Positions 61,528 through 64,000 of a stretch of 64,000 bases of DNA are shown here, piece by piece; within the stretch, counting starts at the first letter, position 1; every line of letters starts with the position of its first letter. This DNA comes from Penicillus capitatus. Its lineage: Eukaryota > Plantae > Chlorophyta. The notes below the pieces were generated by a model. It did no database searches, was not told the DNA's origin, and saw only the letters and a list, made by a program, of their open reading frames with translations. Position numbers and translations under genes: made by a program. The stretch covers positions 772,377-836,376 of the forward strand of contig OZ287699.1 of the NCBI GenBank assembly GCA_965649825.1. Direction: 5' to 3'.

Positions 61528-62862
61528 ATGGCAACGTCTCTTCTCGCTACAAGGAAAGCTGTATTTCTGCGCAGACCGCACGCACCAACACGTGCTCGTC
61601 TTGTTCGTCCTCAAAGAACGCGCGTTGTGACACGTGCCGGCGCTTATGACGATGAACTTGTTGCCACAGCAGTACGTCCCGTCACCGTGTCGGTGGACCG
61701 ATGGATCTTAAGCCTTGTACTCGTTGTGATGCTTAGAAACAGATCGCGTCTCCCGGTCGTGGCATCTTGGCGATGGATGAATCGAATGCGACATGCGGAA
61801 AGCGTCTTGCGTCGATTGGCGTCGACAATACCGAGCCGAACAGACGCACGTACCGCGAACTGCTGTTGACGACAGAGGGTCTCGGTCAATATATCTCCGG
61901 CGCGATTCTCTTCGAAGAAACGCTTTATCAATCGGCACGCGACGGAAAGCCGTTTGTCGACTGCTTGAAAGCACAAGGAATCGTACCGGGTATTAAAGTC
62001 GACAAAGGACTGTCGCCTTTGATTAACGCCAACGAAGAGAGCTGGTGTCAGGGACTGGACGGATTGGCGGCACGGTGATGATCATCATCTTTTGGGATCT
62101 TTATTAAAACAGTGATCTGTGTGATCTTAGATGTGCAGAGTATTACCAAGCAGGCGCACGCTTTGCTAAGTGGAGATCTGTTATTAGTATTCCATCGGGT
62201 CCTTCGATCATTGCCTTGCGCGATTGTGCCTATGGACTGGCACGTTATGCGGCCATTGCCCAATCTGCTGGCTTGGTCCCCATCGTCGAGCCAGAAGTGC
62301 TATTGGATGGCGATCATGACATTGACAGGACACTGGCTGTGGCTATGGACATCTGGGCCGAGACATTTAAGTATCTTGCCGACAACGGCGTTCTGTTCGA
62401 GGGCATGCTTCTCAAACCTTCCATGGTCACACCCGGAGCAGACAGCTCTAAGAAAGAATCGCCAGAACGCGTGGCGGAATATACTCTGCGGATGCTGAAG
62501 AGACGTGTCCCCCCTGCCGTACCCGGTAAGCAAGTCGTATTGATGAGTGAGAAGAGTGAGAGGATCTGAATATAGGCATTATGTTTTTGTCCGGTGGCCA
62601 ATCGGAACTCGAAGCGACATTGAATCTCAACGCGATGAACCAAGAGACCAATCCGTGGCATGTCTCTTTCTCCTATGCGCGTGCTCTGCAGAACTCTGTG
62701 CTGCAAACGTGGCAAGGGGATGAGGCGAATGAGAAACCGGCACAAGAAGCATTGCTCAAGCGTGCCAGAGCGAACAGCATGGCACAGCTTGGCAAGTATG
62801 ATCCCTCTGAAGAATCTGCCGAGGCCGCCGTCGGCATGTATGAGAAGGGATACCAATACTGA
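61528..62862 (+). CDS. FBA: Class I fructose-bisphosphate aldolase, plastid precursor
   Basis: Transit peptide [12 protein letters not shown]; GILAMDES; [13 protein letters not shown]; GIKVDKG; [11 protein letters not shown]; [10 protein letters not shown]; FLSGGQSE; SFSYARALQ; KGYQY*. Confidence 0.98.
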
Positions 62863-63102
62863 ACTGCACACACAATCCATGATGTGCCTTAAAAACATTC
62901 CTTCTATTTTTTCTCTCCTTCTCCCCCAAACTATGCTTGGCATGAACGGATTATGCATTGCTTCATTGTTGGGTCGGTGAGATGTGTGATTTCTTTATTA
63001 AAGTTGTTGGCGTTGTCGTTGTGTGAGGCATCAAACTCAGTTAAAGAAAGTAAATGAAGTCACAGAGATCATGACTTAAACGAACGAGGCGTCTGTGTCT
63101 TG

Positions 63103-63600
63103 CTATCCGCGCGTTCCTTCGTCTCTTCTTGCATGGAAGCCACTTGTTGAGCCGTCAATTTGATCCCTAGAGAACGATCGTACGACAGACATCACACAAA
63201 CAGGGATGTCCATGAGATCGATGTACGAAATTGTCCGTCTTTCCCCTGTTCGGATTGCACGACGAAGTCCCTCAGAAACCGCACCGCCTCTCGGGCTTCT
63301 TCGAGTTTCTCCTGTACGATCTTCTTGTCCTTTTCCTTTCGGTAAGCCTACGTGGTATACAGTAAAGGCAAAGAGTGAGATGGCAGTAATCCCTATCGCT
63401 ATTCTAGACGTAAGATCTGAGAAGATGCGCTTACTTCGTAGCGTCCGCGGACATTCTCCACGGCCTTGCTGATCATTTCTTTGTCTCCCTTGAATCCTTG
63501 GCACATCGCTTCTTATCAAGCAGGATAAGGCGAGCAAAAAGAGTGGACTCGTATGGATGACTCTCAGCAGAGACCGGTAGCTTGAACGTGCAGCAGACAT
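63103..63600 (-). CDS. LYR-motif mitochondrial protein (LYRM7/MZM1-like)
   Basis: MSAARSSYRSLLRV; FKGDKEMISKAVENVRGRY; KLEEAREAVRFLRDFVVQ. Confidence 0.7.
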   Translation of the reverse strand: MSAARSSYRSLLRVIHTSPLFLLALSCLIRSDVPRIQGRQRNDQQGRGECPRTLRSKRIFSDLTSRIAIGITAISLFAFTVYHVGLPKGKGQEDRTGETRRSPRGGAVSEGLRRAIRTGERRTISYIDLMDIPVCVMSVVRSFSRDQIDGSTSGFHARRDEGTRG

Positions 63601-63639
63601 CCGCCAATAACGCGAGACACAACGGATGATGAAAAGGGC

Positions 63640-63713
63640 TGCTTCCTCAGAGATTTGAACTCTGGACCTCCCGCTTACTAAACGGGTGCTCTAACCAACT
63701 GAGCTAAAGAAGC
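63640..63713 (-). tRNA. tRNA-Thr(AGT)
   Basis: GCTTCTT TA GCTC AGTTGGTTA GAGC A CCCGT TTAGTAA GCGGG AGGTC CAGAG TTCAAAT CTCTG AGGAAGC A: complete cloverleaf, anticodon AGT. Confidence 0.97.
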
Positions 63714-64000
63714 GCGCTGGTGTTCCAGTGCCCATCATCTACGGCATCGTGGATGAAAGCGAAGCCATGATGGAATGCTGCCAAAGACAACATTATCGTC
63801 CGCCTCTTACACGCGGAGTGAAAGAAAAGCGATGATGGCGACATCCACTTGATGTCACGTATTTCGATTTCTCGTGTTTTGTCGTCGACGTGCTACTTTT
63901 CTCTTTTTTCAACCTGCCACCGAAACGGCGTGGGTACCACGTCAGCAGGAAACGCAGAGCTGTGAATCGTTTTTGTTGCGTACCTATCTGCAGGTGGCGG

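Overview
Eukaryotic nuclear DNA from a compact, gene-dense photosynthetic genome, most likely a green alga. Evidence: nuclear psaD, plastid-type aldolase, CtpA and PSRP-3 with transit-peptide-like N-termini, ~45-60 nt spliceosomal introns, standard genetic code. About 25 protein genes and one tRNA-Thr(AGT) are recognisable. Multi-exon gene boundaries were inferred by eye and are approximate. Main points: (1) a gene at 52201-54061 (-) fuses a WOX-like homeodomain to a 3-hexulose-6-phosphate-isomerase-type SIS domain in one reading frame, a candidate sugar-phosphate-sensing transcription factor. (2) A ~6.8 kb, ~65% GC block (RPB3, PSRP-3, an unknown ~77 aa gene and an Argonaute with an intact DEDH tetrad) occurs twice as a near-identical inverted pair (20657-27459 and 54601-61394). 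(3) The window looks like an inversion hot spot: a proteasome beta-7/CtpA tail-to-tail junction occurs three times, and a diverged inverted repeat pair carries related minisatellites. (4) GC-AG introns are unusually frequent. (5) A chromodomain protein carries histone-H3-tail-like motifs. (6) tRNA-derived, SINE-like sequences lie at 46.6-48.0 kb. All similarity calls come from my recall of family motifs; no database search was run, and identity and GC figures are hand estimates.
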